From a virus: a stretch of 64,000 nucleotides of DNA. Each line of letters opens with the position of its first letter. The first letter of the stretch is position 1. The stretch is taken from the IMG/VR virus record IMGVR_UViG_3300045988_109025, positions 16,804-80,803 of that record; one strand, 5' to 3'. The notes under the pieces are model-generated. The model searched no databases. It was not told where the DNA came from and worked only from the letters and a program-made list of their open reading frames with translations. The translations under genes and the position numbers were made by a program. Below, piece after piece: positions 9,526 through 17,991 of the stretch.

Positions 9526-9560
9526 AAAAAAGCCCCTGCCGCACTACTGCAACAAGGGCT
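9526..9560 (-). terminator. intrinsic terminator after the low-complexity operon
   Basis: The minus strand reads AAGCCCTTG..CAGGGGCTTTTTT: a GC stem followed by a T6 run, just downstream of the stop at 9576. Confidence 0.6.
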
Positions 9561-9575
9561 TAATCAATATTGTAA

Positions 9576-10208
9576 TCATGTCATCTGCTGAACTAAACGG
9601 CTCAGGTCAGTTTTCATCTGCTGTCTGAGCGCTGCATCTGCATCCGACCACATTTCCGTAAGGTTACGAATAATATCTGATGTGTATTCTTTCATGGAAT
9701 CATCCATTTTTCTCTTGGATTCAGAATCCTTAGAATCATGATAGTGTCTACGATTCTCATCGTATCTATCATAGGATTCGCCATATCTGGACTTCTTCCA
9801 ATTCATATTCATACCATCATTTTCCATATCACTACGATCTGGATGATATCCCATGCGGTACATATTGCGCTCAAACTCTGGATTGTTTAAATACTCATCC
9901 ATCCAGTCATCATCCTGCATATACAGATACGGTCTATAGCCTTTTCTGGTTCCCCTACCTTTTGGAGCGAAACGCCCATTTGAATAGCGGTAACGGTCAT
10001 ATCCCATGCGTCCAAGATACTTTTCTTCCTGTTCGCATTCGTCCATAGCTTCTACGATTCTGTAATCTTTATCTGCACAAATCGCGCACTTTACGGATTC
10101 CATGCAGTCTTTCAAATCATCCCAATCTTGAGCACTGAGATTGTCGAAGCCATGTGCCTTGGCTTTTTCCATAGCCCATTTTCCCATTTCCATTGCAACT
10201 TTATGCAT
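9576..10208 (-). CDS. D/R/Y/M-rich low-complexity protein (hypothetical)
   Basis: 210 aa. The middle is dominated by RYxY/GY/DR/M repeats (GRMGYDRYRYSNGRF, RMGYHPDRSDMENDGMNMN). Its start overlaps the upstream stop (TAATG). Confidence 0.6.
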   Translation of the reverse strand: MHKVAMEMGKWAMEKAKAHGFDNLSAQDWDDLKDCMESVKCAICADKDYRIVEAMDECEQEEKYLGRMGYDRYRYSNGRFAPKGRGTRKGYRPYLYMQDDDWMDEYLNNPEFERNMYRMGYHPDRSDMENDGMNMNWKKSRYGESYDRYDENRRHYHDSKDSESKRKMDDSMKEYTSDIIRNLTEMWSDADAALRQQMKTDLSRLVQQMT

Positions 10209-10633
10209 TACAGTGCCCCCTTTCTAACAGCCTGCGTAACAGGTGCTTCTGTCGTTGGGGCTGTACCATTAATTGCTTTCAAATTGTTGCTCGGACTACA
10301 AGCCGGATTTCCTAACATCTTGAATACTCCGCCAGTTGCACTTGTAGCTACTCTAGTTGCGTACTTCGTTCTGGTTCTTATTCCACAAGCCGTAATCTGT
10401 GCACAGCAACGATTTTCTAGCGGATACAAAGTTGTTCCTGTTCCTATCTGAATCATTACCGGAGCAGTAATTGTAGTGGCTTCTGGTATACTTTGTGCAA
10501 CAACAATACAATATTTCTCTCCATTGTTGTAACTGCCTGCTGGGAGTGTGATTACAAGATTACTTCCTGTAAACGCAACAGCTTGGCTTATTACAAGACG
10601 GTTGCAGAGCTTACAAACATTTTTACAACTCAT
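10208..10633 (-). CDS. Cys-rich protein (hypothetical)
   Basis: The track ORF is 10208..10648. The ATG at 10633 (MSCKNVCKLCNRLV...) has a GAGAGGTAG RBS. It has 10 Cys, including CKxxCKLC, RCC and AC. Confidence 0.6.
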   Translation of the reverse strand: MSCKNVCKLCNRLVISQAVAFTGSNLVITLPAGSYNNGEKYCIVVAQSIPEATTITAPVMIQIGTGTTLYPLENRCCAQITACGIRTRTKYATRVATSATGGVFKMLGNPACSPSNNLKAINGTAPTTEAPVTQAVRKGAL

Positions 10634-10712
10634 ATTTCTACCTCTCAATCAAAATAAGAGGTGAGCCGCAACCCACCTCTTAGAATTTAGTCAACCTCTA
10701 AGGGTGAGTTAC

Positions 10713-11513
10713 TTAGCAACAACCGTTACCATATGTATTACATCCTGCGTATGCATATGGGGCTGGAACCTGGAATGCAGGAATCGGAGCCGGGTTGATT
10801 GCATTGATTAATCTCTGAGCCTGTGCATACATCTCTGTTGTAAGCAATGCAGACTGGCGATCCTGGGATGCAGCACGTTTCAGATCAGAGTTCTCTGCCT
10901 GTAATGTTGCAATCTTATCGTTAGTCAGGAAGTCAAGGATTGCTCTTGTGTTGCTGTTCTGGTTTTCCAGAAGATCTCTTGTGTTGTTGTTCATTGTGTT
11001 CTGGAGAGCACAAGTGTTGGTAGCAAGGTTGTAGTTGATACCCTGTATAGCTTCTCTTGTTTCACAACAGCAGCTTGCAAGTTGAGACTGTAAAGCATTT
11101 GTATTCTGCATACCGGCTACAGTATCAGCATTGATTGCCTGCTGAACGCCGTTGAAGCCTTGAAGCATTCCGACATTCATACCATTAAAGCCACTCTGCA
11201 TGGTATTGTTAAGAGAATATGTGCTGTCACAGATACCCTGCTGAATACCTCTGATACCATTTTGAATATCATTAAGGGCGAATTCCTCATTAATATCTGA
11301 ACGGGTAGCCCATCCTTGGAAACCTGCACCATTTGTACCGTTTCCACCATTGCCACCCCAGCCGCCAAAGCCGCCGAAACCGCCCCAGCCAAAGATAAGC
11401 AATATTATAATCCACCATGCCCAGCCACCGCCAAAGCCATAGCCTTCATCGGCACGGTTATTAGAGCCGCTTAATACAGCGACATCGCTTGCTGATAATC
11501 CACCATTCATCAT
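10713..11513 (-). CDS. Gly/Trp-rich single-pass membrane protein with N/Q-rich ectodomain and C-terminal Cys cluster (hypothetical)
   Basis: 266 aa. It contains GYGFGGGWAWWIIILLIFGWGGFGGFGGWGGNGGNG, then an N/Q/T-rich region with CCC, and ends AGCNTYGNGCC. Confidence 0.6.
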   Translation of the reverse strand: MMNGGLSASDVAVLSGSNNRADEGYGFGGGWAWWIIILLIFGWGGFGGFGGWGGNGGNGTNGAGFQGWATRSDINEEFALNDIQNGIRGIQQGICDSTYSLNNTMQSGFNGMNVGMLQGFNGVQQAINADTVAGMQNTNALQSQLASCCCETREAIQGINYNLATNTCALQNTMNNNTRDLLENQNSNTRAILDFLTNDKIATLQAENSDLKRAASQDRQSALLTTEMYAQAQRLINAINPAPIPAFQVPAPYAYAGCNTYGNGCC

Positions 11514-11590
11514 AGTGATTACCTCCTTATTGATTTTTGTAATTTATACAAAATCAAAAGACCGCGGCTCTTTTAATTATTGTAGCGAAT

Positions 11591-11830
11591 TTATTTTATT
11601 CCAAACTGGTTCTTAACCTGCGACAGTATATCGTCTGGATTAATATTTCTTTCTTTACAAAGATTTCTTGCAAGTTTTTCAATTCCTGCATTATCACCTT
11701 TTTCCATCATGTTAATTGCATTGTCAATTACAGGATTATTTCCAGATTGCTGTTTCATCATATTGATTATGGCTTGTTGAGGATTCCCTCCACCACGTAT
11801 CATCTGCATAAGTTGCATTGGATTCATCAT
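11591..11830 (-). CDS. hypothetical small M/N/Q-rich protein
   Basis: 79 aa. Its ATG overlaps the upstream stop (11827-11830), and it is co-oriented in the same operon. Confidence 0.5.
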   Translation of the reverse strand: MMNPMQLMQMIRGGGNPQQAIINMMKQQSGNNPVIDNAINMMEKGDNAGIEKLARNLCKERNINPDDILSQVKNQFGIK

Positions 11831-12315
11831 CTCTGTTTACCTCCATTCTGCTTGGGTTCCGATGTTCCCGACATTTGTGTCGGGAACATACTCTTTATTT
11901 CGGAAATCTCAGAACAAACATCGTTTCGAAGCTGATTAAACATAGCTTCTATGTCAATCGGTTTTTCTTCTGCCTTTGGTTGCTGTTGTTCTTCCGGATT
12001 TATAAGCCGATAAACAAAAATTCTACTTCTTCCATCTGCCTGTAATTGTTTTCTATATATTTCTGTACCGTCAGTTTTTGGATAATAAACAGGGCTTCCA
12101 GACATATCTACATCTTTTGCCTTTACAGTATCAATGCCATCAACCATCTGTCCTTGCAACATGGGGATTTGTGGCACTTGTGGCATTGGTTGTTGAATTT
12201 GTGCCTGTCCGTATGGCATTGCCTGCTGATAACTATTCTGCAATTGTGCTAATCTATCTTGATACGGCTGTATTTGTTGAAATGGTTGCGCAAAATACGG
12301 ATTACCATACTGCAT
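11827..12315 (-). CDS. Q/P-rich protein (hypothetical)
   Basis: 162 aa. The N-terminal ~55 aa are Q/P/Y-rich (QPFQQIQPYQ, QIQQPMPQVPQIPMLQGQ). GGGAGG RBS. It is the first gene after the ATGGCGT boxes. Confidence 0.6.
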   Translation of the reverse strand: MQYGNPYFAQPFQQIQPYQDRLAQLQNSYQQAMPYGQAQIQQPMPQVPQIPMLQGQMVDGIDTVKAKDVDMSGSPVYYPKTDGTEIYRKQLQADGRSRIFVYRLINPEEQQQPKAEEKPIDIEAMFNQLRNDVCSEISEIKSMFPTQMSGTSEPKQNGGKQR

Positions 12316-12373
12316 ATCTCAAACCTCCCTTGTTTTTATAACTATATTTTACAATAATAAGAGGTTAATTAAC

Positions 12374-12402
12374 ACGCCATGATAACGCCATAAATACGCC
12401 AT
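12374..12402 (-). promoter_or_regulatory. three ATGGCGT boxes phased at 11 bp upstream of a promoter-like TAAAAT
   Basis: The minus strand reads ATGGCGTATTTATGGCGTTATCATGGCGT. The plus-strand ACGCCAT copies are at 12374, 12385 and 12396. The boxes lie directly after the stop of the HTH gene and ~60 nt upstream of the 12315 start. Confidence 0.5.
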
Positions 12403-12405
12403 TTT

Positions 12406-12645
12406 CTATGAATACAAAGAAAAGCCCCGACAATACATCGGGGCAACTTTCATAATTTTCTTTTTTAATTTTCTGTTTATGCGGTCTACGGTTCTCGTGC
12501 TGTAGCCCATGATTTCTGAAGCTTCTGCAAGCGTTTTTTCTTCATAAACACGCAATCGGAATAACTCCTTTTCTCTGGAATCAAATCCAGCTTCACGCAA
12601 ATAGAAGATTCTTTCATCTTCTGAAAAGTCTTTATAATCATCCAT
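12406..12645 (-). CDS. small sigma-70 region-4-like HTH regulator
   Basis: 79 aa. KELFRLRVYEEKTLAEASEIMGYSTRTVDRINRKLKKKI looks like a region 4.2 / LuxR-type HTH. Confidence 0.6.
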   Translation of the reverse strand: MDDYKDFSEDERIFYLREAGFDSREKELFRLRVYEEKTLAEASEIMGYSTRTVDRINRKLKKKIMKVAPMYCRGFSLYS

Positions 12646-12677
12646 TCCACTGTCCTCCCTGTTAGTGGAATCAATAT

Positions 12678-12989
12678 TTACACCGGGAAAATGCCTTTTA
12701 GGGCAAAGCCTAAAACAATACCAATTATGCCAGTTATGACATAAGCAATTATTTTGTCCTGTAACTTTCCTGGCTTTTCCATGAGTGATTTTAAATTGTC
12801 GTTCATTTCGTCAACTGTATCCTTAATGTGTCCCAGGTCATTGTTGTATAAAGCAATTTTCTGTTCCAGCACATTGATACGTTCAAAAAAAACTCCATCC
12901 CTTTTGGAATGCTTTTCTTTCATCTCATGGACTGCACTTTCCAATTCTTTTAAGCGGTGTTCGTTGACGCACTCGTGTTCACATCCCAT
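12678..12989 (-). CDS. XhlA-like coiled-coil membrane protein
   Basis: 103 aa with an N-terminal Cys pair, a long coiled coil and a single C-terminal TM helix (IIAYVITGIIGIVLGFALKGI). This is the same architecture as PBSX XhlA. Confidence 0.5.
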   Translation of the reverse strand: MGCEHECVNEHRLKELESAVHEMKEKHSKRDGVFFERINVLEQKIALYNNDLGHIKDTVDEMNDNLKSLMEKPGKLQDKIIAYVITGIIGIVLGFALKGIFPV

Positions 12990-13096
12990 CGCTATTCCTT
13001 TCCATCACTCCCATTTTTAAGATATTGCTTCTACCCACCTAATTTGAAGCACCCCTGCGATACGTGGGAGGATTGACGTATCACGCACACACCATC

Positions 13097-13417
13097 TTAG
13101 AATCCGATAAATGGAAAAACTCCATGATTTACATAGATTTCAGTTTCGGAATCCCAGCTTCTATTCACAGAGGATTCGGAATGTGATCCTTGGAACTCAG
13201 CTCCCTGCTTTACTAGAAAGAAAAGAGCCAAATCAAATATGCAGTCATAGCATTTCTCCATATCGGAATTTATTTTCTCATCACTGTAAGATGAAGGATA
13301 ATTCCTTTTCTTCTTAAATGAACGAATAGCCCTCTTTGCTGAAAGAGGAATCATCCTCGCAGTTTCTTCATCATCTTCAAGATAATTTGTCAAGTCCTCT
13401 ATAAGCTGTTCGTCCAT
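13097..13417 (-). CDS. gp6-like head-tail connector protein
   Basis: 106 aa with an acidic N-terminus (MDEQLIEDLTNYLEDDEE). It sits right after the capsid genes, as in the gp6-like connector family. Confidence 0.55.
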   Translation of the reverse strand: MDEQLIEDLTNYLEDDEETARMIPLSAKRAIRSFKKKRNYPSSYSDEKINSDMEKCYDCIFDLALFFLVKQGAEFQGSHSESSVNRSWDSETEIYVNHGVFPFIGF

Positions 13418-13425
13418 TTAATCAC

Positions 13426-13530
13426 CTACCTTTGCTGAGATAAAATCTCTGATATTATTCCAGCCTTATTCGTTGCTGTCAGGGCATAGCCGTTGTCACT
13501 TGCAAGTTGTCTTAACTGAGATACAGTCAT
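13426..13530 (-). CDS. possible 34-aa HeH/SAP-like mini-ORF (or -1 frameshift extension of the capsid protein)
   Basis: MTVSQLRQLASDNGYALTATNKAGIISEILSQQR resembles Rho-N/SAP helix-extended-helix motifs. The RBS is weak. The same frame is open back to the capsid-gene stop. Confidence 0.35.
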   Translation of the reverse strand: MTVSQLRQLASDNGYALTATNKAGIISEILSQQR

Positions 13531-13625
13531 ATTAGACAACTCGCTTTCTGTATGCTTATGTATTGATTCAACATAAGCACTCGCTACAGATGGTGACTGG
13601 CTGTTTTCATCGAGACTATGCCCGG

Positions 13626-14663
13626 TTATTCCCCCGCCTTGGTACCGATAACGATACCGCCGTTAGCTTTTGGTGCAACAGGAACAAACATACCGGATGC
13701 TTTTGTCCATACTGCAACTGGGTCTGGTGTAGCCCACATGGAAAGAGTAACAAAGGAACGATTCTCTTCCTGGATAAACTGTCTGTATTCAAGCTCTTCT
13801 GGTGTTACGCCCCAAAGACCGGAGCCAAAGGAACCATTTGCATTTGCTTCATACAGAGTAAACACATCTTCTTTGAAGTATCTTCCTGTTTTCAGAGTTC
13901 CGTCTGCTTTTCTGTAACGATATTTTTCATCACAGCGATCAATTGTAATTCCGTACTCCTGCATGAGAAGGTTCGCAAGCTCCTGTTTCGTCAGAAGACG
14001 TTTGTTTGCAGCTCCAAGAACTGCGGTCTGCATTGCAGTATTATTTCTCATGTAATTAATCATTTTAAGAGAAGTAAGAGCTTTGTTTACCACATATCCG
14101 TTATCTTCTGCAATGGCTACCATTTTTGAGATATCGCCCATGATATCTGCGTCTGGCTTAGACCAATCAGTAAGTGTTACTTTTGCATCAGATGTAACGC
14201 CGTAATCAATGCTCATATCCACATGATTTTCCTTGATTTTTACAATACCAGTGGAAAGGAACTGGCCTTTCATTACATTCGCCCTTGCGACTACGCCCTC
14301 AAAAAGATTGGCTGCATCGTCAAATACAAATTTTTTGAGATTATTGTCATCTGGAACACCATTTTCAATAGCTTGCTGTAATCTCTCAGACTGATTGATT
14401 TTTCTCTTGATGAAAAGCTTCTCGGTCAATACCTTTTCAAAGCCAGGTCTGGAACCGATTTCTGCTTCGGTATCAAGTGCGTGAACAAAAGCTACCTCTG
14501 GCAGTCGCTGTCCAGCCATAAGTCTGTAATACTCTGCTTTCAGATACTGGGTTTTTGTATCCGGGAAAATGGTACCGAGGATGCCGGGTCTTTTTACATC
14601 AAAACTCTGGGAGAAATTAAGTCTCTCTTCCTCTGTGATTGTTTCTAATACATTAAATGGCAT
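13626..14663 (-). CDS. major capsid protein (gpE-like)
   Basis: 345 aa, located downstream of the scaffold and decoration genes. The N-terminal and overall pattern are typical of the phage major capsid protein E family. Confidence 0.75.
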   Translation of the reverse strand: MPFNVLETITEEERLNFSQSFDVKRPGILGTIFPDTKTQYLKAEYYRLMAGQRLPEVAFVHALDTEAEIGSRPGFEKVLTEKLFIKRKINQSERLQQAIENGVPDDNNLKKFVFDDAANLFEGVVARANVMKGQFLSTGIVKIKENHVDMSIDYGVTSDAKVTLTDWSKPDADIMGDISKMVAIAEDNGYVVNKALTSLKMINYMRNNTAMQTAVLGAANKRLLTKQELANLLMQEYGITIDRCDEKYRYRKADGTLKTGRYFKEDVFTLYEANANGSFGSGLWGVTPEELEYRQFIQEENRSFVTLSMWATPDPVAVWTKASGMFVPVAPKANGGIVIGTKAGE

Positions 14664-14676
14664 TTGTCATACCTCC

Positions 14677-15021
14677 TTAAAATACTGGGTCTTCTGTGAC
14701 TACAAAAACAATTCCAGCTTTTTCAAGCTCTGTTTTTGCAGTAGTGTCAACTGTTACTGGAAGTCTCTTTTCGAGAACACGGCCTGCAACAATCACAGAA
14801 ATTGGTCTCTTAGCATCATCTGTCATATCAACATCTTCAAATACAATTCCGATTGCACCTGTCGCATTTGTTGGATATACAGAACCTGCTTTGATAATTT
14901 TCTTAGTTCCAACTGTTTCAGCATTTGTCTGATCTGCTGTGTAGGTTTTAAGTACAAGTCCGACCTCGGATTCAAGAATATTTGGAGTGGACTCATACTG
15001 CTCTGTTTTCATAAAAGCCAT
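14677..15021 (-). CDS. head decoration protein (gpD-like position)
   Basis: 114-aa ORF immediately upstream of the capsid gene. It looks beta-rich. Confidence 0.5.
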   Translation of the reverse strand: MAFMKTEQYESTPNILESEVGLVLKTYTADQTNAETVGTKKIIKAGSVYPTNATGAIGIVFEDVDMTDDAKRPISVIVAGRVLEKRLPVTVDTTAKTELEKAGIVFVVTEDPVF

Positions 15022-15039
15022 TATTTATATCTCCTTTAC

Positions 15040-15663
15040 TTAAATATTTACAGGGGCGTTATCGTCCGCTGATTTAGTTTCCTGGTTCATTTTTGCTGAG
15101 TAAGCTTTTGCAAATTCAGCAGCATCGCTTTTTACTGTAGCTTTGCTGCCACTACCGCCGCCAGGATTCGGAGTGTTTTCCAATGCTTCCTTCTCCCAAG
15201 CTGCTTTTGCAGTATCAAGTGTTGCTTTATTTTCTGCGGAAATTCCATCAACAAAGGTCTGGGATTCTTTAAGAGCATCATCCGCATTCATGTTGGAAAA
15301 AGCTTTGATCGCTCCGGCGTAAGCATCCCCTTTCATTCCTGCATTAGCAAAAATGGAAGTAATCTTTCCAACAAGGGCTTCTCTCTGGGACGTTGCAAGT
15401 GCAGATTCGAGGTCAGAAATCCTCTTCTCATTTGCAGCTTTTTCTTTCTGGCGTTCCAGTTCTGCTTTCTCGGCTTCCGTCATGTTCTGCTGTTTGAGTT
15501 CTTCAAGCTCTTTTTCCAGTGCTTCCGCTTTTTCTGCATCCTCTTTCATCTTCTGGGCTTTTGCTTTTTCTCTAGCCACATCAGAATTAGACTGATTCAG
15601 AAATGCTGTAATCTGCTCGTCAGTTGCTTCTGGAAAAATCTTTTTAACATCTTCTCTTGTCAT
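15040..15663 (-). CDS. capsid scaffolding protein
   Basis: 207 aa, highly charged E/K/A-rich coiled coil (AEKAEALEKELEELKQQ...), between the Mu-F-like gene and the capsid genes. Confidence 0.7.
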   Translation of the reverse strand: MTREDVKKIFPEATDEQITAFLNQSNSDVAREKAKAQKMKEDAEKAEALEKELEELKQQNMTEAEKAELERQKEKAANEKRISDLESALATSQREALVGKITSIFANAGMKGDAYAGAIKAFSNMNADDALKESQTFVDGISAENKATLDTAKAAWEKEALENTPNPGGGSGSKATVKSDAAEFAKAYSAKMNQETKSADDNAPVNI

Positions 15664-15788
15664 TGAAATCTCCTTTCACCAGTACGCTTTTTAACGTTGT
15701 TCGCTCAACATAAGGTGTCTCCCATGTTCACGCTATCGGGATGCATTTTATTTTTGTGTATAAAAAAGAGACGATTTCTCGTCCCTAA

Positions 15789-16424
15789 TTAATTGTATTG
15801 AATTGAGCAGCGACAGTTCACGATTTCTTTACTGGAAGCTCCGTGTGAAACATCTTTTGGAAAAAGCATTAAGCTGTCACCGACTGCAAACAACTCCTTG
15901 ATTGGAATTGTCGTCCCACCAACTTTAAGATGTGTTCTGCGCTCTCTTTTATCTCCTATATCTTTCCATGTTTTATATTTCTTTCCAGATTTGATTGCAT
16001 CCGTGTATTCCTTATAATTCAATGAAGTATTTGCTTCACATTCAGAAATAAACATTGCTCTGTCTCTGGAAAGATAATACTCTTCCTTGATGTGATCGAA
16101 TGTGGATTGAACAACATCATGTGAGAATTGTCTAACATAATCCGTGATATAGTCATCAACAGCAAAATATATAGCTGTTATCGCAAGGTATTGTTCGGAT
16201 AACTCATTTTCTATATATTCCTGGTCAACTTCTTCATTTTCAACCATTGTTTCTATCAGTGACAAACAAAAAAGAATAACTTCTTCCATCTGTTCGGAAA
16301 AAGCTATCCTCAGTCTTTTTTGTTTGTCAGAAATGGACATTTTATCGAAATATTCTTCGTATGGTTCACTTCTGCGATTTTCTGATAAAACATTTAATTC
16401 ATCAAACTGTAAGGCTTTATTCAT
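15789..16424 (-). CDS. minor head protein (Mu F / SPP1 gp7-like)
   Basis: 211 aa. The C-terminal RRTHLKVGGTTIP...FPKD...EIVNCRCS matches the Mu-F NCRC signature. It overlaps the portal stop. Confidence 0.75.
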   Translation of the reverse strand: MNKALQFDELNVLSENRRSEPYEEYFDKMSISDKQKRLRIAFSEQMEEVILFCLSLIETMVENEEVDQEYIENELSEQYLAITAIYFAVDDYITDYVRQFSHDVVQSTFDHIKEEYYLSRDRAMFISECEANTSLNYKEYTDAIKSGKKYKTWKDIGDKRERRTHLKVGGTTIPIKELFAVGDSLMLFPKDVSHGASSKEIVNCRCSIQYN

Positions 16425-17886
16425 TATCTATCACGCCTTTATTGATTGGATTCTGAAATTTTTTATCCAGTAATTGTTGAGCTTTCTGCACTTCTGCTTT
16501 TGGGTCTGCCAGTTCTGGATAAATTGTTCCAAGATAAGGAAGGCTCATTTCGTAAACTTTTTGTGGATCACTAAATAGCCCACAGGTAATCAGCGCAATA
16601 AGCGGATGAATTTTATTTTTGAACAGATAATCAAGAGCCTGTGCTTTTACAAGCATATTGTCTGTTGGGTTTCTGGTTATCTTTACATCAAAATCTCGGG
16701 TTGAGATATTAACATCATTTGATGTACCACGGATAATATTCAGAATAATTCTGGCAGATTCCTTTTCAGCTTCCTTGGTGAATGCTTCTACCAATTTTGC
16801 ATCTCTCTCTGCGAAATCCCATCCATTACGAAGGTATACGGCATTTCCTGTATCCCCTCCGCTATTGCTTTGTCGGTTTGGCATTGCTTCCACAATCAGC
16901 ATATTATTGTAGATGTCATCCTTTGCAACCTGGCTCTCTGACTGGTTCAATTCAGCGGTCATCAGTTCAACATCCGACTGACAGCCATTTCCAGTATCTT
17001 TAACAGAGATAGCACCAAGTTTTACCATTTTCAAAAACTCGTTTTCGTCTACCTCGCAGTTTTTAAATTTCATAAAGGCTTGTACGAACTGTTCCACACC
17101 ATTTAATCTATCAGACTGATATTTGTTAATTGCATCAAATAAGGTGATTGCAATTTCAACATCTGAAAGTCTGTCGTGATTATTCGGGCATTCAACAATA
17201 GGAATTCCTCCAAAACCATTGATGCCGTAGTTAGTTACTTTTCCATTCTTGATTTCAAAAAACTGGTTCTTTGAATAGCACAAATAATATTGCTGTTCAT
17301 CTTCATCTTTTAAAATCTGCACGGAAAGCATTGGTTTCCCATTTCTCTGTGAGTATACAATGTAACAATCACCTGGATATGGAATGAAGATTCTAAACGG
17401 TGGTAAATCTCCGTTTTTTTTCCAGTCCTCTTCTTTCAGAATAGCCTTATAAGAAGTTCCTGTTGCGCTCTGGTATATTGCCCTTTGGATGTTTCTTGCA
17501 TCTGCATTGGCTTCATCCAGATAATCATTTAAAAGGTCAACTTGCTCATTTATTTTTTCGTCTGCATTTTTCTTTTTGCATACATATTGGATTGGTTCCC
17601 CGCAAATCTGTCCAGCTTTAAACTTCACGGTTTCAAATGCGTGATTTTCAACCACTCTGTTATTAACTTCTGGACGGACTATTTTATTTCGGTATAATAT
17701 CGGCTGATCGCCTTTCATGTACCGATACAAGTAATCAATCAATGTTCGGTTTCTATTATGTATGCCAATTGTATCTGATACTACTTTTACTACATTTTGT
17801 GGAGTGATTCGGTCAACACCTGTGTAGGCTACTTTTCGCCCGAACTCACCTCGGCATAAATCTACAAAATTCATTGTATTTCTCAA
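16417..17886 (-). CDS. portal protein (SPP1 gp6-like)
   Basis: 489-aa ORF (TTG at 17886; the first ATG is at 17874) between the terminase region and the Mu-F-like gene. Confidence 0.75.
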   Translation of the reverse strand: MRNTMNFVDLCRGEFGRKVAYTGVDRITPQNVVKVVSDTIGIHNRNRTLIDYLYRYMKGDQPILYRNKIVRPEVNNRVVENHAFETVKFKAGQICGEPIQYVCKKKNADEKINEQVDLLNDYLDEANADARNIQRAIYQSATGTSYKAILKEEDWKKNGDLPPFRIFIPYPGDCYIVYSQRNGKPMLSVQILKDEDEQQYYLCYSKNQFFEIKNGKVTNYGINGFGGIPIVECPNNHDRLSDVEIAITLFDAINKYQSDRLNGVEQFVQAFMKFKNCEVDENEFLKMVKLGAISVKDTGNGCQSDVELMTAELNQSESQVAKDDIYNNMLIVEAMPNRQSNSGGDTGNAVYLRNGWDFAERDAKLVEAFTKEAEKESARIILNIIRGTSNDVNISTRDFDVKITRNPTDNMLVKAQALDYLFKNKIHPLIALITCGLFSDPQKVYEMSLPYLGTIYPELADPKAEVQKAQQLLDKKFQNPINKGVIDNE

Positions 17887-17906
17887 AGCCGAACCATCCT
17901 TTCTAC

Positions 17907-17940
17907 AAAATAAAAAGCACTGGATGTTTTAATCCAATGC
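17907..17940 (-). terminator. intrinsic terminator upstream of the portal gene
   Basis: The minus strand reads GCATTGGATtaaaacATCCAGTGC followed by TTTTTATTTT. Confidence 0.6.
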
Positions 17941-17991
17941 TCTACTTTATATTCTACACATATTAAAAGTATATTTCAGTATACTTCGGTA

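Noticed and set aside
12486-12674. 62-aa ORF overlapping the sigma-like HTH gene in another frame.
   Set aside because: The alternative frame (12406..12645) has a recognisable HTH and fits the gene spacing. This one is a shadow ORF.
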